NCBI GenBank assembly: GCA_050230475.1
Contig: JBFLGF010000057.1
Coordinates: 62,001 to 109,099 of the forward strand
Direction of reading: 5' to 3'
From: Ancylonema sp.
Lineage: Eukaryota
DNA: 47,099 nucleotides
The notes below the pieces were generated by a model. That model saw nothing but the letters and a program-made list of their open reading frames with translations, had not been told where the DNA came from and made no database searches. A program made the translations under genes and the position numbers. Numbering within the stretch: position 1 is the stretch's first letter; every line of letters begins with the position of its first letter. Positions 1 to 14,098 of the stretch are shown here, in pieces.

Positions 1-1530
1 AGTTCCTAGTCAACACCAACACATGGTTTGACGTCATAACTCGTTATTTGAACAAAATTGCCCTTTTTTGGTTTGCCTATAACGTGGTAGGCTGGTGGCT
101 CAAGGAAGACGTTTTGGTAATGGAAAATCGGTATGCGCCAGCTTGGTGGCTGTAATGAGGTTGTGCTTCTGAGGAGTGTTCATGTAATTAGTATTTCCTA
201 GGTGGTATTGAGTGGAAGTGGTCAAAGTGATATGATAATTGGTCCTATCCTTCTCTTACCACATATAGGTCATATACTTGGGTCATCAATCATAATAACA
301 ATGTAGATGACTACGTTTACAAGAGGTGTGATAGCTTCTTGATCATACGTCCTAGAGATGTCTTCATAAATTTTATATTTGTACCAAAGCACTAGGGAGG
401 TGAGCATGGTGAGTTTGTCAAGTTTTTATGATGGTCTTCTCTTCAATGCAAGTTTGCGTTGTTCAAATGGCGCATATCGCGCACGTGTGTTCGATAGAAC
501 GATTTTGTTGAACAACAGGCGTTTGTGGTCATCAAATCGGGTTCAAGCGTATTATCAGAGCGCATTACTCTGTATTGCATACGCTTTATCTATAATACGC
601 TAATTTATTGTATCATTGTATGTGACATACGACGCAACACCGCAACGTGATGCTTGCACATTATTTTAGTATCATTTTTTCACTACCTTTTACAACGACT
701 TGATAAGATAACTGATGTGACGTGATGTGACAGAGACCACGAGCTACAGTGTTATGGTTCCTTGGCGGTGCATGACTGAGGGATTCAGCCATTTGGTACA
801 GTTCGGCAAAAGAAGTGCGTTCAGTTCAGTTTCGTTCGTTCAGTGCGTTTGGAATCCGAATGATAATGAGGACGTTGGAAAAATATTCCGAATGTCCAAA
901 TTTAATCTAGCCTTCACATTCGACAAGGCAAACAAGAAAAAGCTCTGACCACCCTGGTCCGCACTCTTTACTCTTACTAAAACTTGTAGCCAACCTCCGC
1001 CACCCCATTGTTGCTAGAATTTCGTACCACATCGGTTATGTACAATATTTGACTATATCTACCTTGAAATGTCTCTCCTGCATATGGTCATACACCACTC
1101 CAATTTAACCACCTCCGATCGTTTTTTTGCTCATAGCCATGTCCTTATGACATGTAGCCCAATATATTTATACTATATTTAAATATTTTTTACCCCACTT
1201 GTAGTCCGTGTTGTATTCCAATATTCTCTTCACCATTCGCAATGTCAATCGCAATTGCATTTTTGACCTGAAAAACAGTCTAAAAGTTTCCAACTAGAAC
1301 CGTTTTTAATGTACGTTGCTAATTTTCAAGCTCAAATATTAATAATCCCCCGAAAACGATTTTTACACCCCTTATTACAATGGAATTTCGACGCAAAATA
1401 TGTGGAAGATTCCACAAGTTTCCTTATCCATCCTGTACACTGTGGCGTATGAACATAATATGAGACATGCCTTCGACATCCTTCACATCCCTTCATATAA
1501 AGTGACCAAGAAAGTAAACATAGGAACATA

Positions 1531-4550
<3,020 letters not shown>

Positions 4551-5154
4551 CTCGTGAGAGAGAAATTAAAGTATTTTCATAACTCGACACATCCAGCATA
4601 GATTCAGCACCTTCGTCGAGAATTTTCATAACAGTCATACTTTCTGCTGCTGCATATTATTAAAAAAAGATGGCACAAAATGGAAGCTGGCAATTTTATT
4701 TGTGTCATATAGTGAGAGCCAATTCACATTATTATCACCCACAGATTCTCAAATGCATTTCGGTCCCAGTTCCCAGTTCGGATCCTCGAAAATAATGTTT
4801 CTACTCCAGAAACGGAAAGCACCGCACGTACTTGAATTCTTCGCCATGATGCCACTTTCTCGGAGCGTCAAGGCGTTCAACTGGGCAATAGTGCGTAGAT
4901 CAGATAGTCGACTTATGGAGGAAGAAGCAATCAGAAGAAGAAGAATCGGAAGAAAAAAGATAGCGCAAATTGCGTCCTCGATTGAAATTGACTTTCCTAG
5001 CAGACGCGACAAGCAGGCTGTAATAAGTGCCGGATAAGTTGCTTTACACTCATCAACTTTTTCTTCTAAAGCGTCGGGACTGATGCAAGGGCACGCTCCG
5101 TCTCTTTCTCGACAGATGCCGTGAAGCGAGGCGCACTTCCGGTGAGATGGCAGC

Positions 5155-5212
5155 TGACGTCATATCGTGAGGGAAGCCTCGTTCCAAGGATGATGACCTC
5201 GTAAGACGTGGC
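5155..5212. promoter_or_regulatory. Candidate bZIP sites upstream of AKR (TGACGTCA; ACGTGGC)
   Basis: Palindrome TGACGTCA at 5155-5162 and ABRE/G-box-like ACGTGGC at 5206-5212, about 600 bp upstream of the first recognisable exon. Short motifs that could occur by chance. Confidence 0.25.
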
Positions 5213-6178
5213 AGTACATCATTGGAGGCGCGACGATGGGGAAGGTCTTCATCGGACGGACCCTACGTCACCTCTGGAGCTCGCACACCCGAATGCACGC
5301 TAGCACCGCTTTTGACGATGTTCCTTTCGAGAGCTCGATTGCTGGTACGTGTGTACTTTTGCTCGTTGTGATTATCGCGCTTGGTCCTCAGTGTGACATG
5401 CTCACTCGTCGCTGTACCGTTGTAAGGGAACAATGAGCATTGATTAGATGAACCCAGCGCCACATATCATTTCCGATCTTTCTTTAGTCCCAGAGTTTCA
5501 TCTATCCTATAGAGTCATATCGGCCACGCTCATATCGCGAGAAGTTTGATGTTGCTCAAGCATGTGGCGATTCGAGAGGGAGTTGCGCGAACTGCGTCGA
5601 ATTGATCGAAATTGATCGCAGGAGTAAAGCATGCACCACTTATGATGGTAGTCACATTGAGTTGCGTACACTTTCTAGGTGAATATTACTCTACAGACAA
5701 ATGCGGATTTACATGCCTACTACAAGATTAGCATCAGTATAAAATAGCTACTTTACGCACTCAATATCAAATGCTTTGCAACCATGTATCCACGTGCAAA
5801 TGCAGCAAGTAGCTTTTGATTTTTTGGGGGATCGCATCTACATATCTCATATATATGCGATGGTGATCGCATATATATTACAGAATTTCCGTGAATTTCT
5901 GCAGCCGTGTATACACATACAATTACATCTTGGTTCTGGATTGAGTTTATATTGGCAACACTTCAATGATCGGCCGTGAGTAGCCTCTAAATTGAGTGGT
6001 GATCGCATTAATTTGTGGTAGTGATGATACACATTTAGACACATAACCTAAGTCGTATTCTTACTTATGTGCATTCTCTGTTAGGCGGCATCTTCATCAA
6101 CTAAGTGGAACACATGTATTTTGCATACACAGGGTTGTTATGCGGCATCTTCGTTAAATGAGTGGAACACATATATTT

Positions 6179-6598
6179 TGTGGAAGCGGAACTCATTTCG
6201 TAACTCAGATTGACAAGAAAGTGTACTTGTCAACTAACACGAAATACCCAACTCTGAACTCTACCGACTCAATAGCGCGATGGCTACAAAACACAAACTC
6301 TGAGGCACAAACTCATGCACATGACACGTGGACAAAGCTTGTATGATCAGCACAAGTAACTGGCGGCAATCAGAAGGACGCCCTATATCCAAAGAGCCTG
6401 AACCTCGACGAACGAACCTCACGATAATCTCTAACTAAGACCTTAGAACACTGACGATAAACCCCGCGAATCCCTACTGTGAGTTTTTTATTTATTTACG
6501 TGCTAGTACCAAAAACCCCAACGAAACACCCACTACTTGGACCAATTTGCTCAATGACACTTCAACTCATAATATTATCTACTTGCAGTATTCGCTCA
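6179..6598 (-). repeat. 3' LTR
   Basis: TG...CA termini; aligns with 8994-9420 with scattered substitutions and small indels. Confidence 0.93.
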
Positions 6599-6772
6599 TC
6601 CCCCTCTCTGCAATTATGATTATATTATAAGCTCTTATCGATTAACTCAATTTACCTCTTACTATTATACATTCGGCTTAAACGTCACCGACGGATTGTC
6701 CGAGCAGTGTCGCACAATTAAAGCCTAACTACTGTGATTTGTTCACAGAGCACAACTGATATTTGTTATCAG

Positions 6773-6992
6773 CACACATTGCTATGATCTGTTCATAGCG
6801 CACAACTCATCACTCTGTCTCAACTTGGAGACGTACTCAACTCATATGACAGAGCCTCAACTTGGGAGACACTCTTACTCACACTTGCTATGATTTGTTC
6901 AGAGCACAACAACTCATAACTCTGTCTCAACTTTGGAGACGCACTCAATTCATATGACATATAGCCTCACCTTTGGAGACACTCTTACTCAC
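6773..6992. repeat. Two-copy ~110-bp tandem repeat inside the LTR element
   Basis: TTGCTATGAT..GTTCA...CTCTGTCTCAACTT(T)GGAGACG...CATATGACA...GGAGACACTCTTACTCAC occurs at ~6773-6882 and ~6883-6992. Confidence 0.85.
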
Positions 6993-8174
6993 TCATAGAC
7001 ATACTTTGCTTCACCTTACAACTCACCCCCTCTCAAACTAACGCATGTCATAACGAGACACATCACATCCGTATCTTCAACACTATCTCCTCCTTTTTCC
7101 TCTTGTTTAGTATGCAATTTGCATGTTGCAGTATTCATTACATTCCCCCTCTCTGCAACATGTGTGATACTCTCACTCCTCTCCAACGCCTTTCTTATTT
7201 GTTGCGCTAGTTAATGTTATCACCGCCCCCTCTTAAACTGGAACACCACTCCTTAAACCTTCTCACAACCTCCTCAAACCTTCTCAACCTCCACACCTCT
7301 CCTTCTTTTACTAAAAATGACAATGTTGGTGGTGGATGTATTTCATGTCAACTGTCACAAGTCATTCCTCGCTCCCCCTCTTGAACTATGAGATTTGCCA
7401 AGCTCAATGAGCGTTGACCGTGTATGCTGAATTTCATTCACATTTGCACTTTCAAGATCTTTCCCATTTACAACCTCATAGTACGTGTCATCTGCGTCCT
7501 TATACTCTATCTCATTGTTATCATCATGTGCCTCCACTACTTCATCAATATTGATGAAGACCATCTCCTCTACCAACTCCTCTACCACTCTCCTCGTGCG
7601 TGCGTGCCTCTGCGCTCACTCCTGCCACTTCCTAATGCGCCTCCTCCACGTCCCCCTTGTTGGCGTCCATCAGCTCCCACTGCTCCTCCTCGAACCGCAC
7701 CCATTTTTCCTTCTGACTCTCTCGCTGGGCCACCACCTCTGTCCTCCTTAATTGCTGCCGCTTTGCGCCGGCCTGCGCCTCCATATTCTTCAAGGCACTC
7801 TCCGTCTCCCCATACTCTGCTTCTGCTCGTTTTCGATCGCTGCCCACGTCTTGTTGGTGCTTCACCACCTGGCTGCTGTGCTCCATCCCCATTGCCCTCT
7901 TCTCTCCTCCTCTATCATATCATTAAAGCTCCCACAGCTGTCACTAAAAACCACTCATTCCTCTTGAATTTCTTCCTCTCGTGATTTGCACACTTGCTCC
8001 ACCTCTATCTCCATAAATGAAATAATCCTCGCCCTCATTATTTCCTCTACCTCAACACATTTCACATTCCATTCCTTTCCACTCCATCTAACACTCAAAA
8101 CATCCTCGCAAACTCTTGTCCACCCCCTCCGCCACCTCTCCATGAAACCACCCCTCCATGTCTTCACCAGTACT

Positions 8175-9011
8175 CTACTTTTTGCATACCCTCCCCACCT
8201 CATATCCACACTTTTTCTCTACACCCCCACCCACTCTACTACCGCCCGATCTGCCCCTGCCCCTGTTTCTAATGGAGCCCCCCCCTCGAGACACGTAGTA
8301 CGTGTCGGCAGCCATGGCTGATGCACCACTCTGAATTGCCCTCCTCTTCACGGTGGCCTCGTGGTCATACATCCGATTCCAGACATACTCGCTCCCGGGA
8401 GGCGGAGATAGACCATAGTATGCCTCTCTCATGGCATCATATTTTAAAGGCAGGGCATTCAGAAGTGTTTCCAATCTGTCCTCGGCATCAATTTTCCCAC
8501 CTTGCACAGTGACCTGGCGGAGAAGCTCGTTGTATCTCTGTTTGATTTCTAGATGCGTCTCCTCTTCGTAGATGACGAAGCTTAGAAACTCTTTTCTAGC
8601 TGTAGATCGTTGCAGCGGAGTGATCGTGTTGTAGTCTGCTGCTAATTGGATCCACATCAAGACAGGGTTCCGCTCATGAACATCCAAACTCATAATCAGG
8701 CTATCGTCCAAGGTTAGTGTAATCAAGGATGCCGCCTTTTTGCTCCTCTTGCGGAAGTCTTTTATTTCGGCTGCCCTCAGATCTACCGCTCTCTGATTTG
8801 CTACGGAGATGGTCTCTCCACTCAGCAATTGAATCACTGATGGTTCAACCTCTGAACCATTCACTATTTCCCAGCAATCCTCCGTGCCAAGATGGACGTC
8901 AGTTTTTTTCCACGGGCCATACCCGGCCGCGTCCTTCAACACTGTCCTCTTGACATACTCTCCGGATCCCCCACCACTTGCTCTGATACCACTTGTGGAA
9001 GCGGAACTCAT
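8175..9011 (-). CDS. Copia Gag (UBN2/gag_2-like), probably degenerate
   Basis: ORF contains YGPWKK...CWEIVNG, KKAASLITLTLDD, MW.QL...Y, LLNALPLKY and an RG-rich tail. ATG at 9011 inside the LTR reads through the PBS (MSSASTSGIRA). Confidence 0.8.
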   Translation of the reverse strand: MSSASTSGIRASGGGSGEYVKRTVLKDAAGYGPWKKTDVHLGTEDCWEIVNGSEVEPSVIQLLSGETISVANQRAVDLRAAEIKDFRKRSKKAASLITLTLDDSLIMSLDVHERNPVLMWIQLAADYNTITPLQRSTARKEFLSFVIYEEETHLEIKQRYNELLRQVTVQGGKIDAEDRLETLLNALPLKYDAMREAYYGLSPPPGSEYVWNRMYDHEATVKRRAIQSGASAMAADTYYVSRGGGSIRNRGRGRSGGSRVGGGVEKKCGYEVGRVCKK

Positions 9012-9420
9012 TTCGTAACTCAGATTTGACAAGAAAGTGTACTTGTCAACTAACACGAAATACCCAACTCTGAACTCTACCCACTCAATAGCGCGATGGC
9101 TACAAAACACAAACTCTGATGCACAATCTCATGCACAGGACACGTGGACAAAGCTTGTATGATCAGCACAAGTAACTGGCGGCAATCAGAAGGACGCCCT
9201 ATATCCAAAGAGCCTGAACTCGACGAACGAACCTCACGAATAATCTCTAACTAAGACCTTAGAACACTGAGATTAACCCCGCGAATAAACCCTACTGTGA
9301 GTTTCGATTTATTTACGTGCTAGTACCAAAAACCCCTTCTAACGAAACACCCGCTAACTACTTGGACCAATTTGATCCGACACTTCAACTCATAATATTA
9401 TCTACTTGCAGTATTCGCTC
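8994..9420 (-). repeat. 5' LTR
   Basis: Direct repeat of 6179-6598, followed on - strand by the PBS. One terminal base is missing (plus strand ends CTC, then TATTT). Confidence 0.93.
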
Positions 9421-10224
9421 TATTTTGCATACACGGGGTTTGCACGTGCCAAGTCCGAGATGCATTATGGCATTATATCCCATTTAAATTGTGCGAAACC
9501 ATGCTCATGAGCTTGTAAAGTGAGGGATCACCTCCTATCAGGTGCCTCTCCATATCCGCCGCACTACACTCTCCCACCCTACGTATACAATGTACATCCA
9601 TACATCCATACCTAACTACATAGCCAGCTAGAGGTGATGAAAGCTAATATTTAGGAGCTCATCAAATATTGAATCACAAGGAGAGAGACTCGCATATTGT
9701 TTTCGTTGTGCAACAGTGACGAAACATAAACCATTGTAACCACATCACATGCGTATGCCATATGGCAAATAATATTTTCAAGTCTACCTATGGCAAGGCT
9801 TTGCCTTCGGCTTGGACGTAAAGTGTCCGACGCTTGTAGTGTGTATAAAAGCGCAATACCCAATCAATCGATACTTAAGTTGAAATCGAACTCAAAATGT
9901 TTATGGATTCACACACGTCAAGAGCCAGCCGAACTCAAATACAAATTACACAAGGTTTTTGGAGTAATTTGTTCAGCTGGTCCCGAGGTGTGATCATACC
10001 TATTAAAGTCTGATCACAAAGATTACAGTAACTATATTGTTCAAAGATCTAATCGTGTTACTTGCTACGAAGCTACCTTTTCGTCCGCCATCGTTTGCGG
10101 CGCTGCTTCAGACGCCTCACTTGACCAACATACTGGCTACTCCAATCCTAGCTGAGTATTATATCATAGACGTCACACGATCCATTCCTATAATTGGATG
10201 TAAGTTAGGCGTGTTCTACAGTAG

Positions 10225-12150
10225 TGTTGGATACTGGGAGCTACTGACCAGTGTACAGATAAGTCACGGATCTGTTGAGTGTGTAATGCTAAGTGTGACG
10301 CGTGCTCAACCGCGGCAATCCGATAGTCCGCGGTAGTCCGATATTCCGTTCGACTGTTCCCTAGATTCGTTAAGTTACCGTACAATTCGCTTCGTACAAT
10401 TCAGTAGATTCCTTAAACTTCGTCAAAACTTAGATCGAGCCAAGCTGATCCCTCATTGGTCAACTTGGCGCCGCCACTGCAATGACTCCGGCTTCCGCGC
10501 CACGTCCTTGCTGCCCTATCGCCTTATCCTAGCAGACTTACTCCTGTCAGAGATAATATAATACTTCTAAGTGATCTATTCCGAGTCAAGTATGCGAATG
10601 CTCTTGAGTGACATTTCGCACTCTAACGAATACCCATACGAGAAAATGAGTAATCCACATGGTATCAGAGCCGTGTCAGCTGAAGGCACGCGATTCAGGG
10701 CAACAAGTAATCAACTAAACAAAGAAACAAAGACAACTACTCTCAATGGTCAAGGGATACTATGGTCAACAAGGTCAGGGACATAGTAGATGAGCAACGT
10801 ATCAGACCACCGCGACCAGCAGTTCACGAGTTGGGTGTAGAAGTTGCGACTCCGGAAGCCATCGCGGCAGCAACAATCGTTGCCGACAAGTATGATAGAT
10901 ACCTTGAGGACTACACACTAGGGCAGCGTGCCTGCTGGGGCTGAGTCTATCTCCGACACTGAACTCGTGGCTATCACCACAGTCCTAGATGATCCAGTCG
11001 CCATCTGGACCAAAATTCATCGAAAATTCGTACGAGTGTCAGAATTGGGGAAATCTGCAGCTTCAAAAGCCCTCTTTCAGTTTCAGCATCTGGAAATCGA
11101 AACTGCGGAGGAGACGATATCCAGGTTTGGATCAGTGGTGGCCAAGTGCGTGCAGCAAAAATTCCGCATGGAGGATGACATCTTGGAGCGGCAACTCCTT
11201 GATCAACCCAACGATCGGTACATTCACATCAAGAGGACCTGGCTGCACTCTCGGCCCAATGTGACAGACAGGACCTTGAGGAGTTGTTCGCCTCCATGAG
11301 GGATGGACGATGACTACCAACGTAATCTGCCCCGCCTCCAGGATCGGCTGCCCTAGCAGATCTGGTTTTAAGGCAGAGGTGGCCAAGGCGGAGGTCTTAT
11401 GGGTTCAGAAATACAAGAGTCCTTCAAACCAGGCTGGTGGCAGCCGACGTCCGGCGAATACTTACACCATGTGCTACTGCTGTGGTGAAAAAGGACACTA
11501 CGCCAGCGACTGTCCGGAGGCGGAATCGGCAAGTTGTGCATTCTGTAAAAAGAAATGGTCATGTGGAGAAGGCGTGCAAGGTGAAAGAAGGACCAACAAA
11601 AAGGGGTCCTGGTGGGGAGGCATCTTTCTTTCATGGTGGTCATGTAGTTGTTGTTGAGTTTGCACACAGTGATTTTTATCATAGTGTGCACATGCAACAG
11701 CAGGAGGTGCAAGATGGGCAAGCGGGTGAGGCACTTGCAATCATGAACGACTCATCACTATCTACGAGCTTTCTCGCCGACACTGGAGCCAGCCATCACA
11801 TCTGCCACAACCCATCCTACTTCTGTGATCTTTCCCCCCTCCCACGTCCATTCATTGTCAATCATGTGGATGGCAGTGTGGATGTCACACACAGTGGGAC
11901 GGTGACTCTGGAAGTGGACTCAGAAGTGGGAAAACAATTTCTTAGATTGGAGAACGTTTTACTCATGCCATCCATGCACTTCAACATCGTCTCACTACAA
12001 AGGCTGAGGGCAGCCAACTTCATCTACTACACGTACGAGGTTCCGGGAAAGGCGGTCATAAGGAATGCTCAAGGGGGCATGGTAGCCCTCATGTCAGAGT
12101 CTAATACTGGCAGGTTGACACTAGACTGCAAAATTCGATCTCATGCGTGA
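10225..12150 (+). mobile_element. Truncated, frameshifted Ty1/Copia element (putative 5' LTR, PBS, gag, Zn knuckles, protease)
   Basis: PBS TGGTATCAGAGCC at 10660-10672. gag is broken across ORFs 10646-11657. Knuckles CYCCGEKGHYASDC and CAFCKK(N)GHVEKAC. Protease FLADTGASHHIC...LENVLLMPSMHFNIVSL. Coding ends ~12150, before integrase. LTR start 10225 (TGTTGGAT) is a guess; no second LTR seen. Confidence 0.85.
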
Positions 12151-12202
12151 TGTCAGTCTCGTAAGAAAAAATGCCGAACCAAACCAATCTGTTTCACTGA
12201 TT

Positions 12203-12330
12203 GCCACGCGCCCGTACGAAGCGGATGAAACTTAACGCGCCCATATGAAACTAAATGCGCCCTTGACTAAACCACGCACGCCCGTAGCAAAACTAAGCAC
12301 GCCCGTAACGAAACAACGCGCGCCCTTAAG
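12203..12330. repeat. Degenerate ~20-bp tandem array (AAACTAA..CGCGCCCGTA-like)
   Basis: Six recurrences of a CGCCC core, mostly preceded by AAAC(T/A). Confidence 0.6.
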
Positions 12331-14098
12331 AACCGACTAATCAGATTCAAACAACTGACGCTCGCTTGCGCTCGCGCGTCTACTCGCTAACAAATTAAAT
12401 CAAACTTATTCAAATTACAAATATTCCGGTTACCCAAAGGTTATCCGGAATCCAACACTTACCGGTTCGTACACATCTCATGTCAATGCTCCCCGTCATT
12501 CACGATGGTGCAGAACGTTGCATGTACACCAATGCAACTCTCTTTGAACAAAATGTCACATAAGTTTGATATCTTCAACAAGCATAAGCTCAACATATTC
12601 GGTATAACCAAATATTCAACACGCGTCGCCCAAGCCTTGCGTGCCTAGAAAGTGCGACCGCGAGGTGTGACCATCTACATGTTAATTCCGAGTGATGCAA
12701 TATTTTGATTCATGTCTACACAAGCAATACCTATCAAATATGGACGTAACACATATTTAATTTTATCACTTCCAACGACATTCAGTTTGAGGGGTTTATT
12801 GTGCCCCTCGACCAAAGGTGCAAAAGAAATGTCGTTGAGAACCAGCTAGTTAAAATTCTCAGCGCCTATCAATGGGTTTAACTTTGATCCTAGTTGGGAT
12901 ACGGCCAACCTCGATCCCTCACAACCTCATAACACCGGGTTGCGTAGGTTGCTACGGGTTGCAATGTGTTGGAGTAGGTTGCGGGCCGAAGAGGATGGGT
13001 TTCGATACCGGCGGCTAGAATAGAGATGGTATCGGTGGGCGAACGGGTGAAAAACAGTACATTCAAAATCGACAGATGGATTTGTCGGAAATCGCATTAA
13101 AAACGGAAGCTTGGAAACGGAAACGGAAATGGCTCCTTGTCATGTACAAACTGTATGGATTGTACGAAATTATGGAGCCATCTTTTTTTATTTTGCTTAT
13201 TACTTATATACTTCCCCCCCTCTTTTTGGGCCCTACCCACACCAATGTCGGCTGGACTCCACTCGTTGCATCCTGCCAGCATGTTTCCAACATACTCGCA
13301 ACAACGCACCTGACGGAACGGACGCAATCCGGCTGCGTCGGCTGGTTTCGATTAGCGACAGGTCGGCATTCGCAACCTGCCCCAGAAACAGAAACAGAAA
13401 CGAGTTGCGCCCATCACTATTGATGCCACACCACGTTGCCACGTCGTTGTTGCTCTGCGTTCAGAGTGGTCCCCACTGAAGCTTCAAGCTACGTTAACAG
13501 TCTCCCGTTTCGATCCAGGGAGCCGATGTGGTCACCCGGTCATGTAGAGAGTCCGGCGCATGAGTCATACAGTGACCAATCGACGTGGTATTTGCCATCC
13601 TTTTCTTTCATTTTCTTGAGAGGCGTGTTTCTCTCCCACACTCTGGGATCGATATCGTATCGATGTGCCAGATGGTAAACGATTAATAACTCGAAAGAAT
13701 CGAACGAAGAGGCGCGCTTTTCGACACTGCAATTTTATTTGAACCGCCCGAAAACGCATCATCTATTTGGTGACTATGATTATAGTCACGAAAATTGATT
13801 TATAGATTGCACTCATAACTTTTGTTGATGCCTGAGCCTGTCGTTGCCCACCGGAACCATCCAAGGAAAGTGGACAGCACGACACGTACGGCGTTGGCCC
13901 TGAAAAGCCTCCCACACCTTCTGTGGCAGAGGAAATGCTACTACTGCCACTGTCAACTCATTTACTTCGTGCAATCTCCCGAACTCTTTCAGATACCAGA
14001 CAGCGCATCTCGACTGCACAGCTTCCTGCTTTCTTCGGACGAAGCATCAGCTATCGCATTTGTCCGTAAACAACTACTTTTGAGAAGGGAGAGGGCAG

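Larger units (their letters stand above)
6179..9420 (-). mobile_element. Complete non-autonomous Ty1/Copia LTR retrotransposon (gag-only, TR-GAG-like)
   Basis: Direct LTRs at 6179-6598 and 8994-9420. tRNA-iMet PBS TGGTATCAGAGC on - strand at 8980-8991. PPT AGAGAGGGGGA abuts the 3' LTR at 6599-6609. 5-bp TSD TATTT at 6174-6178 and 9421-9425. No intact RT or integrase between the LTRs. Confidence 0.93.

Noticed and set aside
1..1500. Possible degenerate transposase or host gene
   Set aside because: The frames I translated are stop-ridden with no recognisable motif.
12203..12330. CRISPR-like array (also considered for 42911-43212)
   Set aside because: Repeats are degenerate, spacers are not unique, there are no cas genes, and the context is eukaryotic.
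13021..13419. Possible hAT MITE (TAGAGATGG ... CCATCACTA)
   Set aside because: Only an 8/9 terminal match and no target-site duplication.
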